From Callorhinchus milii (Eukaryota): a DNA stretch of 64,000 nucleotides. The notes under the pieces were generated by a model. It did no database searches, was not told the DNA's origin, and saw only the letters and a program-made list of their open reading frames with translations. The stretch lies in NCBI RefSeq assembly GCF_018977255.1, contig NW_024704908.1, positions 1 through 64,000 of the forward strand, read 5' to 3'. Below, one piece after another: positions 49,401 through 60,671 of the stretch (the stretch's first letter is position 1; each line of letters begins with the position of its first letter). The translations under genes were made by a program, and so were the position numbers.

Positions 49401-51880
49401 GGGAGATGATGGGTGGGGGGGAGCTGTGCTGAGCGCGGGGGAGATGCACTGACCTCTCTCGGGGGTCGTGGTTGGAAGTCAGGGGTCACAGAGCTCAGTG
49501 TAAACTTCACCGAGTTCCAGACTTTGTTACAGAAATGCCGAGCAGCTAAAACAGCAGCAACGTCGAGTCTCAGGTCAGTGTCTGTGGGGACAGAGAGAGA
49601 AAGATAGAGATTATACTGACCCACACACACACACACACACAGATACACTCACTGACANNNNNNNNNNNNNNNNNNNNNNNNNNNNNNNNNNNNNNNNNNN
49701 NNNNNNNNNNNNNNNNNNNNNNNNNNNNNNNNNNNNNNNNNNNNNNNNNNNNNNNNNNNNNNNNNNNNNNNNNNNNNNNNNNNNNNNNNNNNNNNNNNNN
49801 NNNNNNNNNNNNNNNNNNNNNGATACACAGACATACACACACACAGATACACACTCACACACAGACACACACCCATACATACTCACACAGACACACAGAC
49901 ACTGACCCTGGGAGGGGGTGGAGCACAGGGAGAACCTCAGGGCATCCGTCCCACACTCTGGGATTCCATACGGAAAATCTCGTTTCTGTCAAAATAAATA
50001 AACTGTAATTAGTAAAACATTCATCACAGATAATCGTCTCCTCCTCATAGCTCATAGCAACATAACATCCCAGTCCTAACCCAAACCTTAACCCTAATAC
50101 CACACAGACAGCCCTAACCCCATGACTGTACCCAAAGTGAGAGTCTCGCTCACTGTGGACACACACACTGACCTGCCCCTCCTCAGCCACTCGCATCTCC
50201 CGGGCGTCCAACAGGATCGATCCCAGCTTCTGGTGTAGATACTGAGAGAGAGAGAGAGAGAGATGAGGAAGAGTGTGTGTGAGAGACAGACACACAAACA
50301 CGCACAGACACAGACACACACACACACAGACAGACAGACTGACCTGAGCCGAGGCTCCGTTGATCACGTCCAGTGGATCGATGACATTTCCCAGGGATTT
50401 GCTCATTTTTCGTCCATGAGAATCTCTCACCATCGAGTGAAACAGAACCTGAGAAAGAGAGAGAAACGTCACACTGACCTGGGGGAAGGGAAGTGAGGTC
50501 ACACTGATCTGGGGCAAGGGAAGTGAGGTCACACTGATCTGGGGGAAGGGAAGTGAGGTCACACTGATCTGGGGGAAGGGAAGTGAGGTCACACTGATCT
50601 GGGGCAAGGGAAGTGAGGTCACACTGACCTGGGTGGAAGGGAAGTGAGGTCACACTGACCTGGGGGAAGGGAAGTTGGCCGGTCAGTTCCTGTCCAAACA
50701 TGACCATTCGCGCCACCCAGAAGAAGATGAGGTCACTTCCTGTCTCCAACACTGACCCCGGATAGAACTCCCTGAGGTCATCAGTCTGCAATAGAGAGAA
50801 CGAAAGAGAGAGAGAGAGTGTGAGTTAAAGACAGCGATAGAGAGTGAGTNNNNNNNNNNNNNNNNNNNNNNNNNNNNNNNNNNNNNNNNNNNNNNNNNNN
50901 NNNNNNNNNNNNNNNNNNNNNNNNNNNNNNNNNNNNNNNNNNNNNNNNNNNNNNNNNNNNNNNNNNNNNNNNNNNNNNNNNNNNNNNNNNNNNNNNNNNN
51001 NNNNNNNNNNNNNNNNNNNNNNNNNNNNNNNNNNNNNNNNCAGCCCAAAGCTGCAAATGGGAAAATGGCTGAAGAAAACCAGGTGTCCAACACGTCCTCG
51101 TCTGTCAGAGAGTAGAGCGTTACCCCCATTACACCCCTCGTTACCCCATCTACCCTCCCCTCCCAGTCACTCCACACCCCCCCTCCCCAGCCTCATCTGT
51201 CAGAGAGTAGAGCAGCGTTACCCCCATTACACCCCTCGTTACCCCATCTACCCTCCCCTCCCAGTCACTCCACACCCCCCCTCCCCAGCCTCGTCTGTCA
51301 GAGAGTAGAGCAGCGTTACCCCCATTACTCCATCCCCCACTGTACCCACCCTGCCTCAGAGATAGCTCAGACTCAGGAATCCCCAATTTCTGTGAAGCTT
51401 TTCTTCGAGCCTCGGCCTCTGTCCGTCCAGAAACCCACACAGTGTCCTGAGAGAGAGAGAGAGAGAGGGTCACACATACCCACATACACCCCCCCACACA
51501 CACACACACATCCACAGAATCCTGAGAGAGGTCACACACACCCACACACACACACCCACAGTATCCTGAGAGAGAGAGAGAGGGTCACACCCACCTGCAC
51601 ACACCCACAGTGCCCTGAGAGAGGTCACACACACCCACACACCCACACGCACCGCCACACAGTGTCAAGAGAGAAAGAGAGGGTCACATTCACACACACA
51701 CACCTGAGAGAGAATCAGTCAGTGACACACACACCCACACACACAGCTCCAAACCCCCACCACCCCCATCAACACCCCTGCACAGAGGGGGCTGTTACCT
51801 GTGTCTCGGAGTCGGGGTTGATGACCTGATAGGCCGGGATCCGATGGCCCCACCACAGCTGCCGGGACACACACCAGTCA
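43429..51880 (-). CDS. VARS2: Mitochondrial valyl-tRNA synthetase, 3' half (inverted relative to the 5' half)
   Basis: Minus-strand exons 51880-51799 ([17 protein letters not shown]), 51446-51350, 51101-gap ([11 protein letters not shown]), 50785-50660, 50448-50344 ([10 protein letters not shown], the KMSKS motif), 50241-50173, 49985-49907 (CGTDALRF), 49581-49454 (FCNKVWN), 49249-49097, 47878-47648 ([15 protein letters not shown]), 47331-47220, 46808-46642, 46211-46062 and 43515-43429 (stop). Phases are continuous with the exon ending at 43297. Confidence 0.9.
47960..48866 (-). mobile_element. L2 LINE 3' fragments (nested) with internal tandem expansion
   Basis: [32 protein letters not shown]...LARLHWL...[17 protein letters not shown]...[10 protein letters not shown]. 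Confidence 0.85.
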
Positions 51881-52308
51881 CTGTAACACAACCACACGCC
51901 TGTCACACACCATCACGTGCCTGTTACATGCTAGTCTCACACCAATCACGCGCGAGTAACACACCAATCACTGTAACACAACCACACGCCATCACATGCC
52001 TGTCACACGTTAACACAACACATGTCAGTCATATGCCATCACACATCTATCACACGCCAGGGGGTCACACTGTGTGTGTGGGTGGGGGGGGGGTCACACT
52101 GTGTGTGTGGGTGGGGGGGGTCACACTGTGTGTGTGGGTGGGGGGGTCACACTGTGGGTGGGGGGGAGGGGTCACACTGTGTGTGTGGGGGTCACACTGT
52201 GTGTGGGTGGGGGGGGGGGGTCACACTGTGTGTGTGGGTGGGGGGGGGGGGGTCACACTGTGGGTGGGGGTGGGGGGGTCACACTGTGTGTGGGGGCACC
52301 TTCCTGAT

Positions 52309-52314
52309 AATAAA
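52309..52314 (+). terminator. Putative VARS2 poly(A) signal
   Basis: AATAAA about 270 nt after the VARS2 stop once 43407-52060 is flipped. Confidence 0.6.
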
Positions 52315-52914
52315 GTCTCTGCTGCTTTTCTCTCCACACGTCAGTGTCTTCTGCCACCGGACATCACTGTGTACATCACCCCTCACCCCCCCCGTCAGCT
52401 TTCCTCCCCCCCCCCCCCCCCCCCAGGGCCTGTGACCTGCCCCCCACCACCACAGGGCCTGTGATCTGACCCCCCCCACCCCCCAGGGCCTGTGCCCTCC
52501 CCCCCGCCCCACAGGGCCTGTGACCTCCCCCCCACCCCCCCAGGGCCTGTGCCCTCCCCCCCACCCCCCAGGGCCTGTGACCTCCCCCACCCCCCCAGGG
52601 CCTGTGCCCTCCCCCCCCACCCCCCAGGGCCTGTGCCCTCCCCCCCCGCCCCACAGGGCCATGACCACATTACAGAAGCTTAAGCGTCTTCAGAAAATAG
52701 AGAATTTATTGCCATAGAGACAGAGTTTGACCCTGACACTGAGCCCCACTACCCCCCCCCCCCCACCCACCACCAACCCACCCTCCCAGGCCACTGCTAC
52801 CCCGCGCCCCACCCTGAGCCTTCCCCGGGGCTCAGGGCCCTGACCCTCACTGCCCCCTCCCCCCAAACCTCCCCCAGCAACAGGAATGGACAGAATTTAT
52901 TGTGAAGTTTTGTT

Positions 52915-53375
52915 CCCTTACAGCCCCTTCCCCTTACACTCAGCCCCTCCCCTTACATACAGCCCCTCCCACATACACACAGCCCCTCCCCCTTACATAC
53001 AGCCCCTCCCACATACACACAGCCCCTCCCCTTACACTCAGCCCCTCCCCCTTACACAGCCCCTCCCCCTTACATACAGCCCCTCCCACATACACACAGC
53101 CCCTCCCCTTACACACAGCCCCTCCCACATACACACAGCCCCTCCCCCTTACACACAGCCCCTCCCACATACACAGCCCTCCCTCTTACGCACAGCCCCT
53201 CCCCCTTACACACAGCCCCTCCCTCTTACACAGCCCCTCCCACATACACAGCCCCTCCCCCTTACCTACCGCCCACATACACAGCCCCTCCCCCTCATAC
53301 ATAGCCCCTCCCTCTTACACACAGCCCCTCCCACATACACGGCCCCTCCCCTTCACACAGCCCCTCCCGTCACTG
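52915..53375. repeat. CAGCCCCTCCCCCTTACACA minisatellite forming the MGAT1 3' UTR
   Basis: Lies between the MGAT1 stop and minus-strand AATAAA at 52896-52901 (second signal at 52705-52710). Confidence 0.85.
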
Positions 53376-53387
53376 AGCCCCACCCTC

Positions 53388-54881
53388 TCAGGTCCAGGAC
53401 GTGTCATATCCGGTCCAGCCGGGGGGCGGGGCCAGGTACACCCTCCTCCCGCGGTACAGCACAGTCACTACACCCCGATACCCGGCCCGCGGGACCCCGG
53501 ACTTCAGGTCGTCCATCGCCCCGAGCGCTCGGGCCAAGGCCTTGAACTGGTCGCGGCTGCGGTACTCGAGCCGCGCGGCGGGCGGGGCCTGGGCCTGGGC
53601 CTGGGCCGGGGAGGCCTCGGCCTCGCGCTGGAGCTGCTCCAGCGTCACGAGGGCGGCGGCCGAGTACACACGGGCCGTGAAGTCGGCGTCGTAGCGGGGC
53701 TGCCGGAGGCCGCGGGCCAGGCGGTGGCGGCGGCGGGTGAAGGCCTCGAAGCCCGGGCTCAGCAGCATGTGCCGCAGGTGCTGGTCGTAGAACTGCCCTC
53801 CGCTGACCCCGCGCCGCCCGAACGTCACCGTCCGCGACAGCTCGGGCCGGACGCAGGCGCGGCCCCGGCGCTGCCCGGGCTCCCGCAGCCAATCGTCCCA
53901 GAAGCCCAGCGGCCACTTGGGCTCCAGCTCCAGCCACAGGCCCCGGAGCAGCATCCAGCCCAGGCCCGGGAAGAAGTCGGTGCGGAGCAGCGAGCCGCCG
54001 GCCCCGGGCCCCGGCTGCACTAGGCCGCGCTTGCCGTTGTCGTGCCACGCGGACACGCACCACAGCGACGGGTCGGCGGCCAAGACCGGCAGCAGCGCCC
54101 GGAAGTACTCGTAGAAGTCCGGCGCCACGTCCAGGTCGTCCTCCACCACCACCGCCGCCACGTGGCCGAGCGGCCCGAACACCTGCCCCAGGGCCCAGCG
54201 GTAGTGCCGCGCGATCCGGTAGTAGCCCTGGAAACGCCGCTGCTCGGGCGGGGCCTCCACGTCCCCGGCCTCGGGCTGCACCAGCCGCGTCACCCGCGAC
54301 CCGTACCCGGCGATGGCCCGGGCCGTGCCCGCGTGGCCGCAGTCCTGGCTGACGATCAGCGGGTACAGCGCCGCCGCCGAGTCGCCGCCCGGGCGGTAGC
54401 GCAGCAGTTTGTCCAGACAGCGGGTCACCGTCACCCGGTCGCAGCCCAACACCAGCACCGCCAGCGGCACCTGCTCCACGTCCGCCCCCGGCTCCAGGCC
54501 CAGAGCCCGCGCCGCGGCCTCGTCGGCCAAGCGGTCCTCGCGCTGCTCCGCGGTCTCGTCCCGCACTCCAGCCCCGGGCCTCGGCCTCTCCGCCAGGCCT
54601 CGGCCTTGCCACAGGCCCCGGTGCCGCTCGATCTGCTCGAGCAGCCGCTTCTGACTCTCCAGCTCCCGCTCCACGTCCTCGGCCAATCGGACCACCTCCC
54701 GGGCCAAGGCCTCGGGATCTCCTGCGGCTCCAGCCCAGCCCCAGGCTCCGGCTCCAGGCTCGGCCTCTCCCCCGGACCCCGGCCCTGACCCGGGGCGGCC
54801 CAACACGAACAGCAGCACCAGCGCGTTCCAGCCGATAAACAGCACCAAAGCCCAGACCAGCAGCTTCCCCCGGCGGGGCAT
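53388..54881 (-). CDS. MGAT1: Alpha-1,3-mannosyl-glycoprotein 2-beta-N-acetylglucosaminyltransferase (GnT-I), 497 aa, single coding exon
   Basis: Type II TM anchor, LIVSQDCGH, FQGYYRIARHYRWAL, VVVEDDLDVAPDF, WCVSAWHDNG, RTDFFPGLGWML, FWDDW, MDDLKSGVPRAGYRGVV and GYDTSWT. Acceptor at 54960/54961. Confidence 0.97.
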   Translation of the reverse strand: MPRRGKLLVWALVLFIGWNALVLLFVLGRPGSGPGSGGEAEPGAGAWGWAGAAGDPEALAREVVRLAEDVERELESQKRLLEQIERHRGLWQGRGLAERPRPGAGVRDETAEQREDRLADEAAARALGLEPGADVEQVPLAVLVLGCDRVTVTRCLDKLLRYRPGGDSAAALYPLIVSQDCGHAGTARAIAGYGSRVTRLVQPEAGDVEAPPEQRRFQGYYRIARHYRWALGQVFGPLGHVAAVVVEDDLDVAPDFYEYFRALLPVLAADPSLWCVSAWHDNGKRGLVQPGPGAGGSLLRTDFFPGLGWMLLRGLWLELEPKWPLGFWDDWLREPGQRRGRACVRPELSRTVTFGRRGVSGGQFYDQHLRHMLLSPGFEAFTRRRHRLARGLRQPRYDADFTARVYSAAALVTLEQLQREAEASPAQAQAQAPPAARLEYRSRDQFKALARALGAMDDLKSGVPRAGYRGVVTVLYRGRRVYLAPPPGWTGYDTSWT

Positions 54882-54984
54882 CGCGACTCCCACACGCCGG
54901 CTTCTGGCCTAGGCTTCGGCCTCTCGTGCTCAGGGCCTCAGCCCGGCCTCCGCCATCAACCTGCGGCAGAGCAGAGACACAGCC

Positions 54985-57900
54985 CCATCAGGGTGTATAG
55001 TAATAAACACCCGGAATCCGGGTATACAGTGGTAAACACCCGGCATCCGGGCGTATAATAATAAACACCCGGCATTTGGGGGTATGTGATAAAGACCCAG
55101 CATCCGGGCATGTAGTGATAAACGCCTGGGATCTGGGTATAATAAAACAACACCCAGAACCAGGGTATAATGAACACTTGGCATCAGGGCGAGTACTAAT
55201 AAACACCCAGCATCTGGGTCTAATGATAAACACCTGACATTGGAGTATATAATAAACACCCCACATCAGGGTATAATAATAAATACCCAGCATCAGTGTA
55301 TAATAAACACCCAACACCAGGGTATAATGGTAAACACCCAGCATCAGAGAATAATAATAAACACCCGACATCATGGCATAATAAATACCCAGCATCCAGG
55401 TATAATAATTAACACTCAGCATAGGAATAATAAACACCCAGCATCCAGGTGTATTAATAAACACCTGGCATTTGGGGTACATAACACACACACAGCATCC
55501 GGGTATATAATCATAAACGTCTAGCATCAGGGTATAATAATAAACACCCAACATCAGGGTATGATAAAGACCCGGCATCCAGGCATATACTAATAAATAT
55601 CCACCATCCAGGTATATAATAAACACCTGGTAGAGTAATAAACATAACATATAATAATAAATGCCCAGTATCAGAGTATTTAATAATAAACACCATGTTT
55701 ATTTTGTGGGCGTATGTCTCGCTCTCTGTCAGTGTGTGTGTCAATAGTATCTGTGTGGATGTGTCTGTCTCTCTGTCAGTGTGTGTGTCTATAGTATATG
55801 GGGGGCGGTGTCTCTCTCTCTCTGTCAGTGTGTGTCTATGGTATATGGGGGGGGGGGTCTGTCTCTGTCAGTGTGTGTGTCTATAGTATATGGGGGGGGG
55901 GTGTCTCTCTCTCTCTGTCAGTGTGTGTGTGTCTATGGTATATGGGGGGGGGTCTGTCTCTCTCTGTCAGTGTGTGTGTCTATAGTATATGGGGGGGGGG
56001 GGGGGTGGTGTCTGTCTCTCTATAATAATAATAATCATTGCATTTGATACAGTGCTTTTCACATCTTCTCGACATCTCAAAGCGCTTCACAGAATAGACT
56101 GTAAAGTTAATTGACTGTATATTTGTGGGCGAAACCCGGCAGCCAATTGCACGCAGCAGTGTCCCCACAAACAGTCGTGGATTGAAGTGACCAATTTATT
56201 ATTGTTTTATTTGGAGGATTAATATTCGGGGAGTGGAGTAGGGAAACTTGCCCAAGGTTTCGCCCCCTGCCTGGAAATGAACACAGTTGTCTCGTTCGCA
56301 AGACGAGTGCTCTAACCGCTGAGCTACAGATCTCCACGTCTGTGTGTCTATCGTATCTGCGGGTGGGGGGGGGGTGTCTGTCTCTCTCTGTTAGTGTGCG
56401 TCTATAGTATCTGCGGGGGGGGGGGGGGGTGTCTGTCTCTCTTGTTAGTGTGTGTCTATAGTATCTGCGGGGGGGGGGGGGGGTGTCTGTCTCTCTCTGT
56501 TAGTGTGTGTCTATAGTATCTGCGGGGGGGGGGGGTGTCTGTCTCTCTCTGTTAGTGTGTGTCTATAGTATCTGCGGGGGGGGGGGTGTCTGTCTCTCTC
56601 TGTTAGTGTGTGTCTATAGTATCTGCGGGGGGGGGGGGGTCTGTCTCTCTCTGTTAGTGTGTGTCTATAGTATCTGCGGGGGGGGGGGGGTGTCTGTCTC
56701 TCTCTGTTAGTGTGTGTCTATAGTATCTGCGGGGGGGGGGGGGGGGTGTCTGTCTCTCTTTGTTAGTGTGTGTCTATAGTATCTGCGGGGGGGGGGGGTC
56801 TCTCTCTGTTAGTGTGTGTCTATAGTATCTGCGGGGGGGGGGTGTCTGTCTCTCTCTGTTAGTGTGTGTCTATAGTATCTGCGGGGGGGGGGGGGTGTCT
56901 GTCTCTCTCTGTTAGTGTGTGTCTATAGTATCTGCGGGGGGGGGGGGGGGTGTCTGTCTCTCTCTTGTTAGTGTGTGTCTATAGTATCTGCGGGGGGGGG
57001 TGTCTCTCTCTGTTAGTGTGTGTCTATAGTATCTGCGGGGGGGGGTGTCTGTCTCTCTCTGTTAGTGTGTGTCTATAGTATCTGCGGGGGGGGGGTGTCT
57101 GTCTCTCTCTGTTAGTGTGTGTCTATAGTATCTGCGGGGGGGGGGGGTGTCTGTCTCTCTCTGTTAGTGTGTGTCTATAGTATCTGCGGGGGGGGGGGTG
57201 TCTATCTCTCTCTGTTAGTGTGTGTCTATAGTATCTGCGGGGGGGGGGGTGTCTGTCTCTCTCTGTTAGTGTGTGTCTGTACATTGTATCCCAGATATCA
57301 TTTCCGAGCAGAAATCGATCTAATTTGTTCTTCAAACAAATGACAGTTTCTGCTTCCACCATCTCCCTCGGGAGCTGTTCCATATGTTTACTACTCGCTC
57401 ACTGAAGCAGTGTTTCTGTCGATCTGTTCTGAGTTTACCCCCTTCGATCGCAGGCCGTGTCCTCTGGTTTTGCTGTTTGTTCAGTACAAGATAGAACAGC
57501 TTATCATGGACTACGTTATCTAGTCCCTTCAGAATCGTAAACACCGTAATCATATCACCCCTCAACCTTATCTTTGTATCATGATAATAATCCTTGCATT
57601 TGATACAGCGCCTTATCACGTCTTTTGAGACGCTTCAAAGCGCTTCGCAGAATATACTTTGAAGTGGATTGACTGTATATTTTGTGGGCAAAATGCCAAC
57701 AAAAATAATATATATTATATAATAATAAACACCCTATCAGGGTATATATATATAATAAACATCACATCAGGGTATTTATATATAATAAAGACCCCATCCG
57801 GGTGTGTGTATATATATGGTAATAAAGACCCCATCAGGATATATATATATACACACGTTAATAAACACCCCATCAGGGGAAATATATATATATATGTGTG

Positions 57901-58060
57901 ATAATAAACACCCCATCAAGGTATGTATATATATGGTAATAAACACCCCATCAGGATATATATATATGATAATAAACACTCCAACAAGGTATATATAATA
58001 AACACCCCACCAGGGTATATATAATAATAAACACCCCATCAGGGCTTATATATAATAAAC
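54985..58060. repeat. Intronic minisatellite complex with inserted SINE and CR1 fragments
   Basis: AATAAACACCCRGCATC units (54985-55695, 57720-58060), ~50-bp TATAGTATCTGCG(G)n units (55720-56020, 56340-57280), a SINE at 56022-56336 (-) and CR1 at 57290-57575 (-). Confidence 0.85.
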
Positions 58061-59739
58061 ATGACATTTACACATTCCCTTTCACGTAGAGAAGATGTCC
58101 CAAGACTCTGGACACTCACAGACTTGGACATGAGCTGGGGGTTGGGATCAGGAGAGGTGGAGGGCAGTGCGGCTGAAGGCCCAACTGACAAAATCAGTAT
58201 TTTTTTGAAGGTATTATTACCCCTGGAAAGCAATCCCCCAAATCGACTAACAGAGGCACGTCTGGAGTAAGGAAACTTACCCAACTTTTGTTATGCCCTG
58301 ACCCGCCCAGGAATCGAACCCACGTCCTCTCACTTACACGGTGAGTGCTCTAACCACTGAGCTACAGGTCCCTGTATTAGGGAATGTGTGAGAGAAAGTC
58401 AACACGCAGCGGGCAGCGAGGGAGTCACATCTGCTCCTTTCTCACAGACTCTCAGCAACTAGAGGGGAGCAGTGTCTCACACTCACACTTGGAGGGGGAT
58501 TTCTCACGGACTTTCTCACAGTGGAGCGCAGTGGGGGGAGAGGGGTTGGGGAGCGAAGTGAATCTTGTCACAGAGAAACATTACATTCAGACCTGCCCCT
58601 CACCCCCACCCCGTCGTCGCCACCTCCCTCCCCACCCTCCCGTCGCATCTCCCCCGGAGACTTACGGTAGAAGCTGCCAGAGCAGAGATCAGCCATGGGG
58701 ATGGGGATTTTCTTTTGGAACTTTAGCCAGTGACAGCAGAATGTCTGACTTCCTCTCTCTCTCATACACAGAGTGGACACTCTCGCTCTCTCTCTCTCTC
58801 TCTATCCCTTGCTCTCGCTCTATTTCTTTATCTCTCTCTCTCTCTCTGTGGACTCTGCCCTCAGTTCTCTGTTGCTCAATCTTCAATCAAAGAGAAAATG
58901 CATTGACCCCTCACCCACTGCCTCTGCTTCTCCCTCTCTTTCAGGCCCTCATTCATTCACTCCCTCCTTCCCTCCCCCAGCCCCTCTCCCTCCTCCTCAG
59001 TCTTTGCTTATTGGTTTATCTCTCTTTCTCTCCCTTGGGCCTCGGTCTCGGTTGCTTGGGCGCTGTGTGTAACACTCTCTTGTTGATGCTGTAACCCTGG
59101 GAGTGGATGATGCCAGGAGCCCGGCAGTGAGACTCTCCTACGGCTCACGCTCGTCAGACACACGTGGAACCGAGTGGCCGATCGTCCTGTGGGAGAGAAA
59201 CAGAAACTGGGTCAGGAGCCTCACACAGACAGACACCCAGACACAGACAGACAGACTCACACCTACACCCACATACAGACACACAGATACATACACACAC
59301 ATATATAGACAGACAGAAACATACACTCACACACACACGCACACAGTCAAACACACATACAGAGACATATACACACACAGTCAGATACACATACAGAGAC
59401 ATATACACACACACAGTCAAACACACATACAGAGACATACATACACACATACCGACACACACACATCTTACTGTATGTGTCTCTGTGTGTAACTCACTGT
59501 GTGAGGGTCTGTGTCAGGGTGTCTGTCTGTCACCTGTGTGTCAGGGTGTGTGTGAGGGTCTGTGTCAGGGTGTCTGTCTGTCACCTGTGTGTCAGGGTGT
59601 GTGTGAGGGTCTGTGTCAGGGGGTCTGTCTGTCACCTGTGTGTCAGGGTGTGTGTGAGGGTCTGTGTCAGGGGGTCTGTCTGTCACCTGTGTGTCAGGGT
59701 GTGTGTGAGGGTCTGTGTCAGGGGGTCTGGGCCACACTC

Positions 59740-59945
59740 CGCGTCTCTCAACTGCCTCTGTCTTCGACGCGTTGATTGAACGTCATCGAACACAGTGATT
59801 GGCGCCGCGCGTCAGAGCCTCAGTGTCTGATTGGTTTCTCTATCACGTGACCGCCTCCCCCCCCCCCCGCGCGCGACGACACGTGACCGCCTCCCCCCCC
59901 CCCCCGCGCGCGCGACGACACGTGACCGCCTCCCCCCCCCCCGTG
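59740..59945 (-). promoter_or_regulatory. Probable MGAT1 promoter: CCAAT boxes and a triplicated CACGTGAC E-box
   Basis: GATTGG at ~59797 and ~59829 and CACGTGACCGCCTCCCCC x3 in a CpG-rich patch. A minus-strand acceptor at 59187 and donor at 58665 suggest 5' UTR exons. Confidence 0.5.
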
Positions 59946-60671
59946 AGCGCTCTAAGCACTGAGCTCCAGGACTCCGCAATGTGACTGTCGGTGTCTCTCC
60001 ATTCACAAACACCACCGAACGACATTTGTATTGCGTCACGAAGACGTCCCGAGGCACTGGACAGACAGAGTTACGGACCCGAGTTGGGGGGAGGGGTGGG
60101 GGGGGGCGGGGGGAGGGGTGGAGATCGGTCGAAGAAGAAGGTCTTGAAGGGGGTGGGGGAAGGGGGTGAGGCAGAGGGGGTGAGGGAAGGGGGTGAGGCA
60201 GAGGGGGTGAGGCAGAGGGGGTGAGGGAAGGGGGTGAGGCAGAGGGGGTGAGGCAGAGGGGGTGAGGGAAGGGGGTGAGGCAGAGGGGCTGCGGGATGGG
60301 AGTTCCAGAGAGTGGGGGCAGAGTGGCGGAAGTCCCGCCCGTCATTCACACACTGTCTGTGCGTACAGACATCTGAGTGTGTCTGTGTCTGTGTCTCTCC
60401 TGCTCTCTGTACACAGTGATGGCTCAGTTGCTAAAGTCCTGACGCTGACACATTCTCTCTTGTGCTTACAACGTTTTATTATCACAATAATAAAGAGAAT
60501 TCTCGTTAGTTCTCGTCTCTAAACACACGGCTTCTGTTCAGGGCTCTCGGCGACCGGCTCGTGTACAGAGAGACAGAGAGGGGGAGGAGGCAAGAGGGGG
60601 AATAAAGAGAGAGTGGGGGGAGCGGCGAGAGGGGGAATAAAAAGAAAGAGAGCGAGCACTGGTCCCTGTTG

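Noticed and set aside
53404-54895. Long overlapping and antisense ORFs over MGAT1
   Set aside because: Explained by very high GC content (few stops). No recognisable domains.
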